DNA of 64,000 nt, taken from positions 17,656,165-17,720,164 of the forward strand of contig NC_057719.1 in the NCBI RefSeq assembly GCF_004010195.1. Reading direction: 5' to 3'. Under the pieces are notes generated by a model. It had not been told where the DNA came from and did not search any database. It saw nothing but the letters and a program-made list of their open reading frames with translations. Within the stretch, counting starts at the first letter, position 1; every line of letters begins with the position of its first letter. The position numbers were made by a program, and so were the translations under genes. Below, piece after piece: positions 38,275 to 49,559 of the stretch. The DNA comes from Chiloscyllium plagiosum. Taxonomy: Eukaryota.

Positions 38275-39905
38275 GGAGAAAGTGAGGTCTGCAGATGCTG
38301 GAGATCAGAGCTGAAAATGTGTTGCTGGAAAAGCGCAGCAGGTCAGGCAGCATCCAGGGAACAGGAGAATCGACGTTTCGGGCATAAGCCCTTCTTCAGG
38401 AATGAGGAAAGTTTGTCCAGCAGGCTAAACACATCATCTATTGCATCCTCTGCACCCGATGTGGCCTCCTCTATATTAGGGAGACAGGCCGGCTACTTGC
38501 GGAGCGTTTCAGAGAACACCTCTGGGACACCAGGACCAACCAACCCAACCACCCTGTAGCTCAACATTTCAACTCCCCCTCCCACTCCACCAAGGACATG
38601 CAGGTCCTTGGACTCCTCCATCGCCAGACCACAACAAAACGACGGTTGGAGGAAGAACACCTCATCTTCCGGCTAGGAACCCTCCAACCACAAGGGATGA
38701 ACAAGGATTTCACCAGTTTCCTCATTTCCCCTCCCCCCAGCCTGTCTCAGTCAAATCCATCAAATCCAGCACCGCCTTCCTAACCTGCCATCTTCTTCCC
38801 GACCTCTTCGCCCCCACTCCAGTCTGACCTATCACCCTCACCTTGACCTCTCGCCACCCATCACATTTCCGACGCCCCTCCCCCAAGTCACTCCTCCCTA
38901 CCTTTTATCTTAGCCTGCTGGACAAACGTTCCTCATTCCTGAAGAAGGGCTTATGCCCGAAACGTCGATTCTCCTGTTCCCTGGATGCTGCCTGACCTGC
39001 TGCGCTTTTCCAGCAACACATTTNNNNNNNNNNNNNNNNNNNNNNNNNNNNNNNNNNNNNNNNNNNNNNNNNNNNNNNNNNNNNNNNNNNNNNNNNNNNN
39101 NNNNNNNNNNNNNNNNNNNNNNNNNNNNNNNNNNNNNNNNNNNNNNNNNNNNNNNNNNNNNNNNNNNNNNNNNNNNNNNNNNNNNNNNNNNNNNNNNNNN
39201 NNNNNNNNNNNNNNNNNNNNNNNNNNNNNNNNNNNNNNNNNNNNNNNNNNNNNNNNNNNNNNNNNNNNNNNNNNNNNNNNNNNNNNNNNNNNNNNNNNNN
39301 NNNNNNNNNNNNNNNNNNNNNNNNNNNNNNNNNNNNNNNNNNNNNNNNNNNNNNNNNNNNNNNNNNNNNNNNNNNNNNNNNNNNNNNNNNNNNNNNNNNN
39401 NNNNNNNNNNNNNNNNNNNNNNNNNNNNNNNNNNNNNNNNNNNNNNNNNNNNNNNNNNNNNNNNNNNNNNNNNNNNNNNNNNNNNNNNNNNNNNNNNNNN
39501 NNNNNNNNNNNNNNNATGATGGTTGGAGGAAGAGCGCCTCATCTTCTGCCTAGGAACCCTCCAACCACAAGGCAGGAACGCGGGTTTCACCAGTTTCCTC
39601 ATTTCCCCTCCCCCCACCTTGTCTCAGTCAAATCCATCGAATTCAGCACCGCCTTCCTAACCTGCAATCTTCTTCCTGACCTCTCCGCCCCCACCCCAGT
39701 CTGACCTATCACCCTCACCTTGACCTCTTTCCACCTATCACATTTCCAACGCCCCTCCCCCAAGTCCCTCCTCGCTACCTTTTATCTTAGCCTGCTGGAC
39801 AAACTTTCCTCATTCCTGAAGAAGGGCTTATGCCCGAAACGTCGATTCTCCTGTTCCCTGGATGCTGCCTGACCTGCTGCGCTTTTCCAGCAACACATTT
39901 TCAGC
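38275..39905 (+). mobile_element. Penelope-like retroelement fragments (GIY-YIG endonuclease end plus inverted terminal repeats), two copies around a gap
   Basis: HIIYCILCTRCGLLYIRETGRLLAERFREH..HFNSPSH..RRLEEEHLIFRLGTLQPQGMN (38430-38700). Confidence 0.85.
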
Positions 39906-42900
39906 AAAGAAAATGTACAGCCCGGGAACAGGCCCTTCAGCCCTCCACGTCTGAGCCGATCCAAATGTACTGTCTAAACTTATTGCCGAATTCCTAAGCA
40001 TCTGTTTCCCTCTGCTTCCCACCTACTCATGCACCTGTCCAATTTAAGCTCCTGGCCTTAAGTTCCGAACTGATGCTTACTGGTCGAGTTAAGCTAGCCT
40101 TTCCATCCAAACACTCTGAACTAAACCAAATTAATTTGACTTTGATTTAAAAAGTGCAGGCTGGATTCTCTTCAATTCAAAAGTCTATTACATCGGTTGG
40201 GGGATTTGGGGTAATACATTACTTTGGAATCTCCCTCAAGTCAAAGTTTCACCTCACCTTTGCATATGTACCACTTTCTCACAAAATGTAATGTATTTAC
40301 TGGAAGTTGCCTCTTCTCAGTAGCTGTTGATTGTTTGAAGGCGTCCTGTCGAAGGTAAGGCTGTTGCAGTGTCCAAAGTTCCCTCTCCCATTCTGTCGGT
40401 TAAAATCTCATGAGAGTTAATTGCAGTATAAACAGTACCCATCAGTTAGCACTATTTGAGTTTTACATTATGATTTTGAAAGAGAGTAAGATAGTCTGCT
40501 TGGGTGACTGCAAGTAAACTTTGGCAAAGATTAACAACATGATGGTCAATGCTGCATTTAAAACTGAATCATCTTGCATGAAGTATTTTGATGTTTTTCG
40601 AACAGACATTACAAATGGCTACATTAAAATCAATTGACAAGACATTCAGACTATTCGCTACTGGAGGTGATGTTACCGAAGTCAATCTTCCTCTTGGTGC
40701 ACGTCTCCAACACTGTTTCCCAATTCTCACATGACCAGAGCAACATGCCACCTACAGATGGACCCTCCTATGGGCACTAGGAGCAATGGAATGGGTACTG
40801 TGCAGTCCAACAGGCAGGTTGATTCCCTCTTAATAAATCTAGAATATACAGCTCCATTCATTAAGTGTGCACATCACTCATTGAAGGGCCCTCCGCGCCA
40901 CACCCTCCCCCCCCCCATCCCTACATGAAGGGTTTGGCATTGCAGGGGTGGGGGACATTTAATCAGCCAAAAAGTTGGTGAATGGGGACTATGTCACCTT
41001 CTTACCTTCACCCAACTCAGGGTTGGAAGGCTCTGGGAACGACAATCAGGGAGAATCATCTCTCTCTGCCTCAGGGATTGACGGGTGGAGGGTTCACCCC
41101 GTGAGGAGCACGAGAAGCAAAGCAGGGTGGAGCCGTCTGCAAATTCGTGAGCAGTAAGGGAAGCCGAGGTGGGGCTCTCATGTCACTCACTCAGAGCCTG
41201 GTCACGGCACCCAACCTCAGGAAGGAGGTGTTTGCTGTGAGCCACAATCCCCTCTCTCCTCTAACAAACAATACCCTTTCCTCTCCACCCTCTTGTCCCA
41301 GTCTTTCGGCTCAGCAAAGGCCCTCACACTCCCTGACTTGCACTTAATACAGCAGCCTCTACCTAAAACAGATGACTCTTTTAGATTCTCACTGACTCTG
41401 GTGGGTGGGTGAGACACCCCATAGCCTCCATTAAGTACTGTCCTAAGTGTTGAACTAAGTCAGAAGTCACATGACACCAGGTTATAGTACAACAGGCTTA
41501 TTTGAAATCACAAGCTTTTGGAGCACTGCCCCTCTTCATCAGGTATAGTGAGACGGAAGAAAACACAGACACAGAATTTATAAATCACACAACACCAGGT
41601 TATAGTCCAACAGGTTTATTCAGAAGTACAAGCTTTCGGAGCGTTGTTCCTTCATCAGGTAGTAGTGCTCTAAGCTAATACTTCCTAATAAACCTGTTGG
41701 ACTATAACCTGATATTGTGTGATTTTTAACTTTGTCCACCCCAGTCCAACACCGGCTCCTCCACATCACAGAAGTTATAAGCAGAGAGACCAAGTGCAGA
41801 GCGATCAAAAGATCATACAACTGGTGTGAGTGGTGTGTCAAATAAGAAGTCTCCGGAGGTGACCAACGGTGTTAGACAGCGAGAGTAACCAGGACAGTGA
41901 TGACCTATAATCCGTTTAAATGAGGCGGAGAGATAATACAAAAAAATTAAGATATGGTGGTGCTGGAGACAAAGTGAATGACTGGAAAAACATGATAAGT
42001 ATAAGAGTCGCATGCTGAAAGTAATAAGTAATCCAAAACTGTACAACTTAATTAAGGTTGAGCTGCAAGACAGACTAGCTTTACGTAAAGTGCCAGGCTT
42101 CCAAATCACCAAGAAGGTCAGAGTTACAAACTGTTGCTAGTGCAAAGTATCTGAAAGTGCTTTAGAAGTGTCTGAAGATGTTGCAGTGAGTTATAAAGAG
42201 AGGGTGGATGCTTTGGTGACCTGTCTATAGCAAGGCTGCAATGTGTGTAGTGGAAGGGATGTAGGCTATCACCATCAGCGCAGTCTCTGGGCCTGGAACT
42301 CCTAATGGCAGATGGTGTGGAGGCTGTGGAATTGTGAAGCTCTGCATCATGCCCTCAGCCAAACAACAGCCAGACTCCATGCTCCTTGGTAATGTGCACA
42401 AGCACCATATTGAGCGTGCCCATTAGTATTCTCCTGTTGTCCCTCCATCCATCTCCCCATCTTTGTCTTCTGCAGAACCCATCAGTGGCCTTGCCCACTG
42501 GTGAGCTGACCCACAAACTATCATTTACACCTACCTTTGCAGCACCCCACCCATTTCAGTTCTAGCCTTTAAAGTACGTGCAGGACCATTGGCTGATCTG
42601 GTCATGGGGGAGTTGAGCTGTTGTGACTGGGCAGGCAGCAATCTTTGGGTAGCTGAACGGAGATCAGAACAGAAAGGTTAGATTGGAGGGGCAAGATGGG
42701 TAGAGAATAAGAAGTCTTTCAGCACAGCAGCTGCAGTTTGCTTACCAAGGCAGACCGCAGGACGGGGAGTGAGAAGGCCATCCTGCTCAGTGTGGTCAGG
42801 CTTTGACATGTCTATTTCCATGAAATGGATAGCTAGCTCATCTGGGAGACTTGGGAGATGCAGCTGCCCTTGTTGTTCCTGCCACTGAACCCACTACCAG

Positions 42901-43119
42901 CTTTATGTTGCTGCCTTTATAAGGCGTGCCATCTTATCCTCCAGGCGCATGGGAATAATAGAACCCCTACAGTGTGGAAGCAGGCCATTCGGCCAATTGA
43001 GTCCACACCGACCCTTAAAGAGGACCCTATCCAGACCCAACACCCTAATCCTATCCCTGTGATCCTGCATTTCCCATGGCTAATCCACCTAGTCTGCACA
43101 TCCCTGGACACTATAGTAA

Positions 43120-46100
43120 TGTTTCAAAAGGAATAGGAAGGGAGGTAAAAGAAGTGGATGTGTGGCATTACAAATCAGGGATAGTATAACAGCTGTGGAA
43201 AGGGAAGTCGTCGAGAAGGGTTTGTCCACTGAGTCATTATGGGTGGAAGTCAGAAACAAGAAAGGAGCAGTCACTTTACTGAGAGTTTTCTACAGACAAA
43301 ACCATCCCCCCCCAGCCCCCACCGCACCCACACCCATCACACACCCCAATAGCAACAGAGACACAGAACAGCAGATTGGGAGGCAGATTTTGGAAAGATG
43401 CAGAAATAACAGGGTTGTTGTCATGGGTGACTTCAACTTCCCTAATATTGATTGGAAGCTCCTCAGTGGAAATAATTTGGATGGAGCAGATTTTGTCAGG
43501 TGTGTCCAGGAAGGATTTCTAACTCAATATGTAGATAGGCTGACTAGAGAGGAGGCCATATTGGATTTGGTTCTGGCAACAAATCATGTCAGGTGTCAAA
43601 TATCTCAGTGGGAGAGAATTTCAGTGATAGTCACAACTCCCTGACTTTTACTGTAGTCACGGAATGGGATAGGAGTAGACGGTATGGGAAAGAATGTAAT
43701 TGGGTGAGGGGAAATTACAATGGTATTAGGCAGGAACTGTGGAGCATAAATTGGGAACAGATATTCTCAGGGAAATGTATGACAGAAATGTGGAGGTTGT
43801 TTAGGGACCACTTGCTGAGAGTGATTAGATTAGATTTAGATTAGATTAGATTAGATTACAGTGTGGAAACAGGCCCTTCGGCCCAACAAGTCCACACCGA
43901 CCCGCCGAAGCGATACCCCTACATTTACCCCTCACCTAACACTACAGACAATTTAGCATGGCCAATTCACCTGACCCTGCACATCTTTGGATGGTGGGAG
44001 GAAACCGGAGCACCCGGAGGAAACCCACGCAGACACGGGGAAAACGTGCAAACTCCACACAGTTAGTCGCCTGAGGCGGGAATTGAACCCTGGCGCTGTG
44101 AGGCAGCAGTGCTAACCACTGTGCCACCGTGCCGCCCATTGTGCCACCGTGCCGCCCATAGGTTGGATAGGTTTGTCCCACTGGGGCAAGGAAGGGATGG
44201 TAGGGTGAAGGAATCTTGGATGACAAGAGATGTGGAACATCTAGTCAAGAAGAAGAAGGAAGCTTACTTGAAGTTGAGGAAGCAAGGATCAGACAGGACT
44301 TTGGAGGGTTACAAGATCGCCAGGAAGGAACTGAAGAATGGAGTTAGGAGGGATAGAAGGGGGCATGAAAATGGTTTAGTGGGTAAGATTAAGGAAAACC
44401 CTAAGGAATTCTACACTTATGTGAAGAACAAGAGGATGGCCAGAGTGAGGATAGGGCCGATCAGGGTTAGTGGAGGAAATTTGCTCCTGGAGATGGAGGA
44501 GGTAGAGGAGGTCCTTAATGAATACTTTGCTTCAGTATTCACTGTAGAGAGGTATGTTGTCATTTGTGAGGACAACGGGAAACAGGCTGATATGCTAGAA
44601 CAGGTTGATGTTAAGAAGGAAAATGCTGAAAATTTTGAAAGATATGAGGATAGATAAGTCCACTGGGCCAGATGTGATATACCCAATGTTATTACAGGAA
44701 ACAAGGGAAGAGGTTGCTGTGCCTTTGGCAATGATCTTTGCATCCTCACTGTCCACTGGAGGAGTACCAGATGATTGGATGGTGGCAAATGTTATTCCCT
44801 TGTTCAAGAAAGGGAATAGGGATAACCTTGAGAATTATAGACCAGTCGGTCTTACGCGGGTGGTGGGCAAATTATTGGTGATGATTCTGAGATACAGGAT
44901 TTATGATTATTTGGAAAAGCATAACTTGATTAGAGATAGTCAGCATGGTTTTGTGAGGGGCAGGTCATGCCTCACAAGTCTTGTTGAATTCTTTGAGAAT
45001 GTGACAAAACACATTGATGAAGGTTGAGCAGTGAATGTGGTATAGATATATCTTAGCAAGGCGTTTGATAAGATTTCTCGTGGTAGGCTCATTCAGAAAG
45101 TTAGGAGGCATGGGATACAGGGAAACCTGTCTGGGTACAGAATTGGCTGGCCCATAGAAGACAGAAAGTGGTAGTAGATGGAAAGTATTCAGCCTTGAGT
45201 TCGGTGACCATAGGAATGTTCCATAGGAATCTGATGTGGGACCTCTGTTGTTTGTGATTTTTATAAACGACTTGGATGAGGAAGTGGAAGGGTGGGTTAG
45301 TAAATTTGCCAATAACATGAAGGTTAGTGGAGTGGTAGATAGTGTGGAGGACTGTTGTAGGTTGCAAAGAGATATTGACAGGATGGAGAACTGGGCTGAT
45401 AAGTGGCAGATGGAGTTCAACCTGGAAAAGTGTGAAGTATTCACTTTGGAAGGTCGAATTTGAAGGCAGATTACAGGGTTAAGGCAGGATTCTTAGCAGT
45501 GTGGAAGAACAGAGGGATCCTGGGGTCCGTGTCCATAGATCACTCAAAGTTGCCACCTTAGTTGATAGGGTCGTAAAGAAAATGTATGGTGTTGGCTTCC
45601 ATGACCAGGGGAGTTAAATTTAAGAGCTGTGGGCTTTTGCTACAGCTCTATAAAGCCCTAGTTAGACCACACTTGGAATATTCAGGGTGTTCAGTTCTGA
45701 TCACCTCATTATAGGAAGGATATGGAAGCTTCAGAGAGGGTGCAGAAGAGATATACCAGGATGCTTCCTGGACTGGAAGACATGTCTTATGAAGAAAGGT
45801 TGAGGGAGCTAGGGATTTTCTCATTGGAGAGAAGAAAGATGAGAGGTGACTTGGGGCTGCTCTCCCACCGAGATATCTGACACCTGGTCTAGCACCATAA
45901 TAGAGGTGTACAAGATGATGAGAGGCATAGATAGAGTGGATAGCCAGAGACTTTTTCCCAGGGTGGTTATGGCTATGACAAGGGGGCATAATTTTATGGC
46001 GACTGGAGGAAGGTTTAGGGGAGATGTCAGAGTTGGGTCCTCAGAGCAGTGAGTGTGTGGAATGCCAGCGGTGGTAATTGAGTCAGATACATAAGGGACA

Positions 46101-46240
46101 TTTAATTGACTCTTGGACAGGCCCATGGATGATAGTAAAATGAAGGGTATGAAGGTTAGCTTGATCTTAGAGTAGGATAAAAGGTCGGCACAACACCAAG
46201 AGCCAAAGGGCCTGTATTGTGCTTAACTGTTCTATGTTCT
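43120..46240 (+). mobile_element. Long CR1 LINE (APE endonuclease + RT + 3' end) with a nested SINE at 43825-44157
   Basis: [59 protein letters not shown]. Confidence 0.95.
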
Positions 46241-48211
46241 AATTTCCCAGGGCCAATCCACCTAACCTGCACAGCTTTGGACTCTGGGAGGAAACTGGAG
46301 GAAACCCACACAGACACAAGGAGAATGTGCAAACTCCATACAGACAGTTGCCTGAGGCTGGAATCAAACCCAAGTCCCTGGTGCTGTGAGGCAGCAGTGC
46401 TAACTACATGTTGCCCCCACAGAACAGCAGATATTGTATTTGGGTGAAGAGCCTGCCACAGAATAACAGGAGACACGTGTTGACATTGAGAGGTCGGTGA
46501 GCAAGAGATTGGCACCATTGATCAAGTGCAACATTGGGATTTGGGAGAGCTGCTGGGTGAATAATGGGACTGTACTCCAGTGGATACTGTGAGTTATTGG
46601 TGTTGTGGTAGTCGCAGACTGTCTTATGAAGTTGCATTCCCTGATCTTGACCATCTGTGTGGGGATTCCACTTCATGTGGTACTGCTGCCAAGTCAAGCA
46701 CTGGGTCCAGATGCTGGGAATTGACCTAATTTGCTCCCAATTTCATCTGAACAATATCATTGAGGGCCTTTGACTTCCAAAAGGACAATGAATCGTCTCC
46801 TCCAGTAGACTCCAACTGCGAGTGCCTCCAGTATCTCATCCATGAATCAGAAGGCCCCTCTCTGCCATCCTCTTTGTTTTGAATTTTAGCTACTATAGTC
46901 AGCAGCTCCCCTTTAAGAAGACCAGATTGCCTTTAAACATAGCACAGGGCATGGCCAACCTGCTATCAACATAACACTGTTGAGCTCTTAACTGAGCACA
47001 GAGCCAGGCAATGTACTATCATGTTAAATGAGGTGATAGCACCAAATTTACGTGGTGCCTATCTCCATTTGAATAGACACTGGTAGGTAATAAATTGTGA
47101 TTTCCATTCCAAATAATGTGCAATTCAATCTTAGCTCAGTTTGCCTTGGTTTTATCTTTGTAATGAGTCTGTACCATCAGATTTCACTCACTTAATTTCA
47201 TTGTGTATAAAGTGCACTTAAGTAAAACCAAAAGTTTCCATTTATTATCCTGCTCTTACAATCATAGTTAATTACAGAGGAGAAATTGTCAAAACAACCA
47301 ATTATATGAAGAGTTTTTAGCGTAGAGATGGCCTTCATTTGACATCAACAGAAAGTTGGTATATCAGTGACAATTTGGTTTTTCTCAGATCACAGACATT
47401 TCTTCCTTGTCTCAGCTTACAACACTTTTGGATTACCTGACCATAGCCTCATTGACAGTAATAGCAGCATATGGGATTTCAAGTATTAAAAATTCTCAAA
47501 TCTTGCTCTTTCGTCATTATTGAGAAACCTTTTGCTACCTAAACCCAAAGAATTATGTAAATCTCAAAACCTGTCTGTAATAACACAAAAAAAAGCTATG
47601 TGAAAATTGCAACCTATTTCATACCATTGTTGTCGGAATTGACAAGACAAGACACTTAATCCCACGATGCAGCCAAGAGAATGTGCCATAATGCTTTGCG
47701 TAGGCTGGGAAATCTGAATATCAAAAAAAAAACCTTCACTCACGGACCTCAGAAGTGGCACTTTACTGAAGTGCACTTTCTCTTCAGTGCTTTTTAAAAC
47801 TGTAGTAATCTTCTTTGTTTTATTATCTTCTGTCTTCTTTGAGCTTGCTATAGCACATCGTCAAGGTAGACCACCTTTTCAGCAAATAATGACTTGAGAT
47901 GGACTGCATAGTGAGTCAATATCTTCTTCATAAAGCTTTTGGGGCAACTCCTTTATCAAATAGATAGATAAATCATAGCAAGTAGATAATCAAACCTATC
48001 TTTATCTGCAATAACTGGAACAGGACCATGACAAGATTTTGATTTCGCTTCTGTGTTACATTTGGTCAAAACATTCAACTAAAATGGCCCTATCAAGAAA
48101 AGTGGTCTAAGGTCTCCTTAATTGTCAGGCCACATCAATGGATGGAATCCAATAATTACAAAATTTGCATTAGATTCCGTGCTAAGGGTACAGTTGTTTT
48201 TCCATTATTAG

Positions 48212-49150
48212 ATGTGGGGGCATGTAATTATTCCATTGAAAGTACAGGTCCAGGGAAATGAAGCCTCAGTAACTACTCTCAGTAGTACAGTCAGTGAAGA
48301 GAACAGAACAAAGAGTTTTTCTCCACACTTGGAAGATCCTGTTGAGGTGAAACTGTTTGCAACAGGAGATCCAAGCTCGCTGCACAGTATAACATTCGGA
48401 AGCTTCATGCCAGCAGCAACTGGGTTCCTTCCGACACGTCATAGCTATGCATTTGAAGGTAAATCCACCATGGGTAGTCCCTACTCTTTAAACACTTGCA
48501 TGGATCTACTTGCAACATCTAGTGCCAGAAGCAATCCTTAGCCAGATAATAACAAGAACTGATCATAATAGAACATGGCATTGCGACTCATTTGTGGTTT
48601 TAATTAAGTTTGTCAGAGTGAATGATTGGGTGTTATAAAAAACGAACCTGTAGACGGATGGCATTATTGTAAATTAGATATTAAGTCTGACAGCTCTTTT
48701 CATCTCGTCCCAGTTTGTACGCCTCCCACCACTCAATATATGGAACAGTAATGGTAGGAGTATCTGTGGAGGATTCTGTAGCCCACTAGCTCAGCGTGAA
48801 GACTGACAATAAAGCAATGTGGATCCTGTGCGAGGGAGCTTGTGAATAAAAAGATAGTGCTATTATCAGGCAGCCACAGCTACTAAGTTCATTCTTCGCT
48901 TAAAGTTAAACTGTCAGATATGTGGACTTTAGGTTCCTGGCGAAAAGGAGAACAAGATATTATCGGGTGATCTTAAAGGGTAATAATATTTGGTAATAAT
49001 AAATGTTCCTTGGTTACAAATATAGGTGGTCTTTCCTTTCACTGGGATTCTATTTTTGGAACATCACATACACAGGCATAAATGTTGCAATTGCCTTAAG
49101 AACAAATAGTGGATAAGTACCTCCTTGAATGTAGTGCTAAGAAGTTAAAA
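48212..49150 (+). pseudogene. M: Endogenous paramyxovirus-like M gene, copy M1 (lacks the last ~40 aa)
   Basis: VKLFATGDPSSLHSITF..GFLPT vs IRIVKVGDPPKHGVRY..GFFET; LNTCMDL vs LKACTDL; LSE*MI vs LRQGMI; IRY*V vs IRFRV; SLVTNIGGLSFH (~49007-49042) vs SLGLIGGISFH; MLQL vs MSQL. Confidence 0.85.
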
Positions 49151-49559
49151 GGTTTAACATCCTAAAAGTAGGGGCCAAGAAATCGTTAACATTAGAATTA
49201 GAAATAGAATTTCTACAAATTTTATCCACAAATTTTATAAATAATGACAGACAGGAAAAGACCCATTGGTCTATCCAGCCTGTTTTCTTACACATTGTGA
49301 TGACACAGTGCGGTTGTATGTTGCCCACCCAACTGAAAACCCATGTACTGCCCTCAGAGAGATGGGAGACTGGGTAAAATATCACACTGACCAGGGAGGC
49401 AACACCTGGAATATTCTTTCCAACTCCTTCAGATGCTTCAACTGGTCAAGGAGGCCATTCCAGCCCCAATTAAGTGAACCATTCCTGCCCTTTCACCTCA
49501 ACCACAAACGGTTCAAATTCCTACTTCAAACAAATTTAGTGAATAAACGTTCACAACAC

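Larger units (their letters stand above)
28570..48215 (-). pseudogene. L: Endogenous paramyxovirus-like L gene, copy L-A (about aa 1-1350), split into at least 8 collinear pieces by TEs
   Basis: 46900-48215: MEKQLYP*, ADKDRF, QKL..DIDSLC, GNP.VL*AET (GHP motif), KAISTLKTL, IING. 40050-40750: FNV..KNIK..R*F, QSLLA, ALFKSKSN*FGL..WM. 37620-37930: QMQDHLPDSNPK, then the motif C register. 35590-35700: DGKML. 34720-34960: CIFDS..KAI. 31760-32440: LLLDNVFYNVL..EPAD, PNPL. 28570-29110: HGL, P..SVK..VLFWA, RMVTDND, QQ..LS. Confidence 0.85.

Noticed and set aside
38910..39704. Long ORFs in the track that span N runs (also 30423-31196 and 51065-52180)
   Set aside because: Their length is inflated by assembly gaps.
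48212..48458. AG/GT-bounded open frame resembling a host internal exon
   Set aside because: The M-protein similarity continues past the putative donor to 49150.
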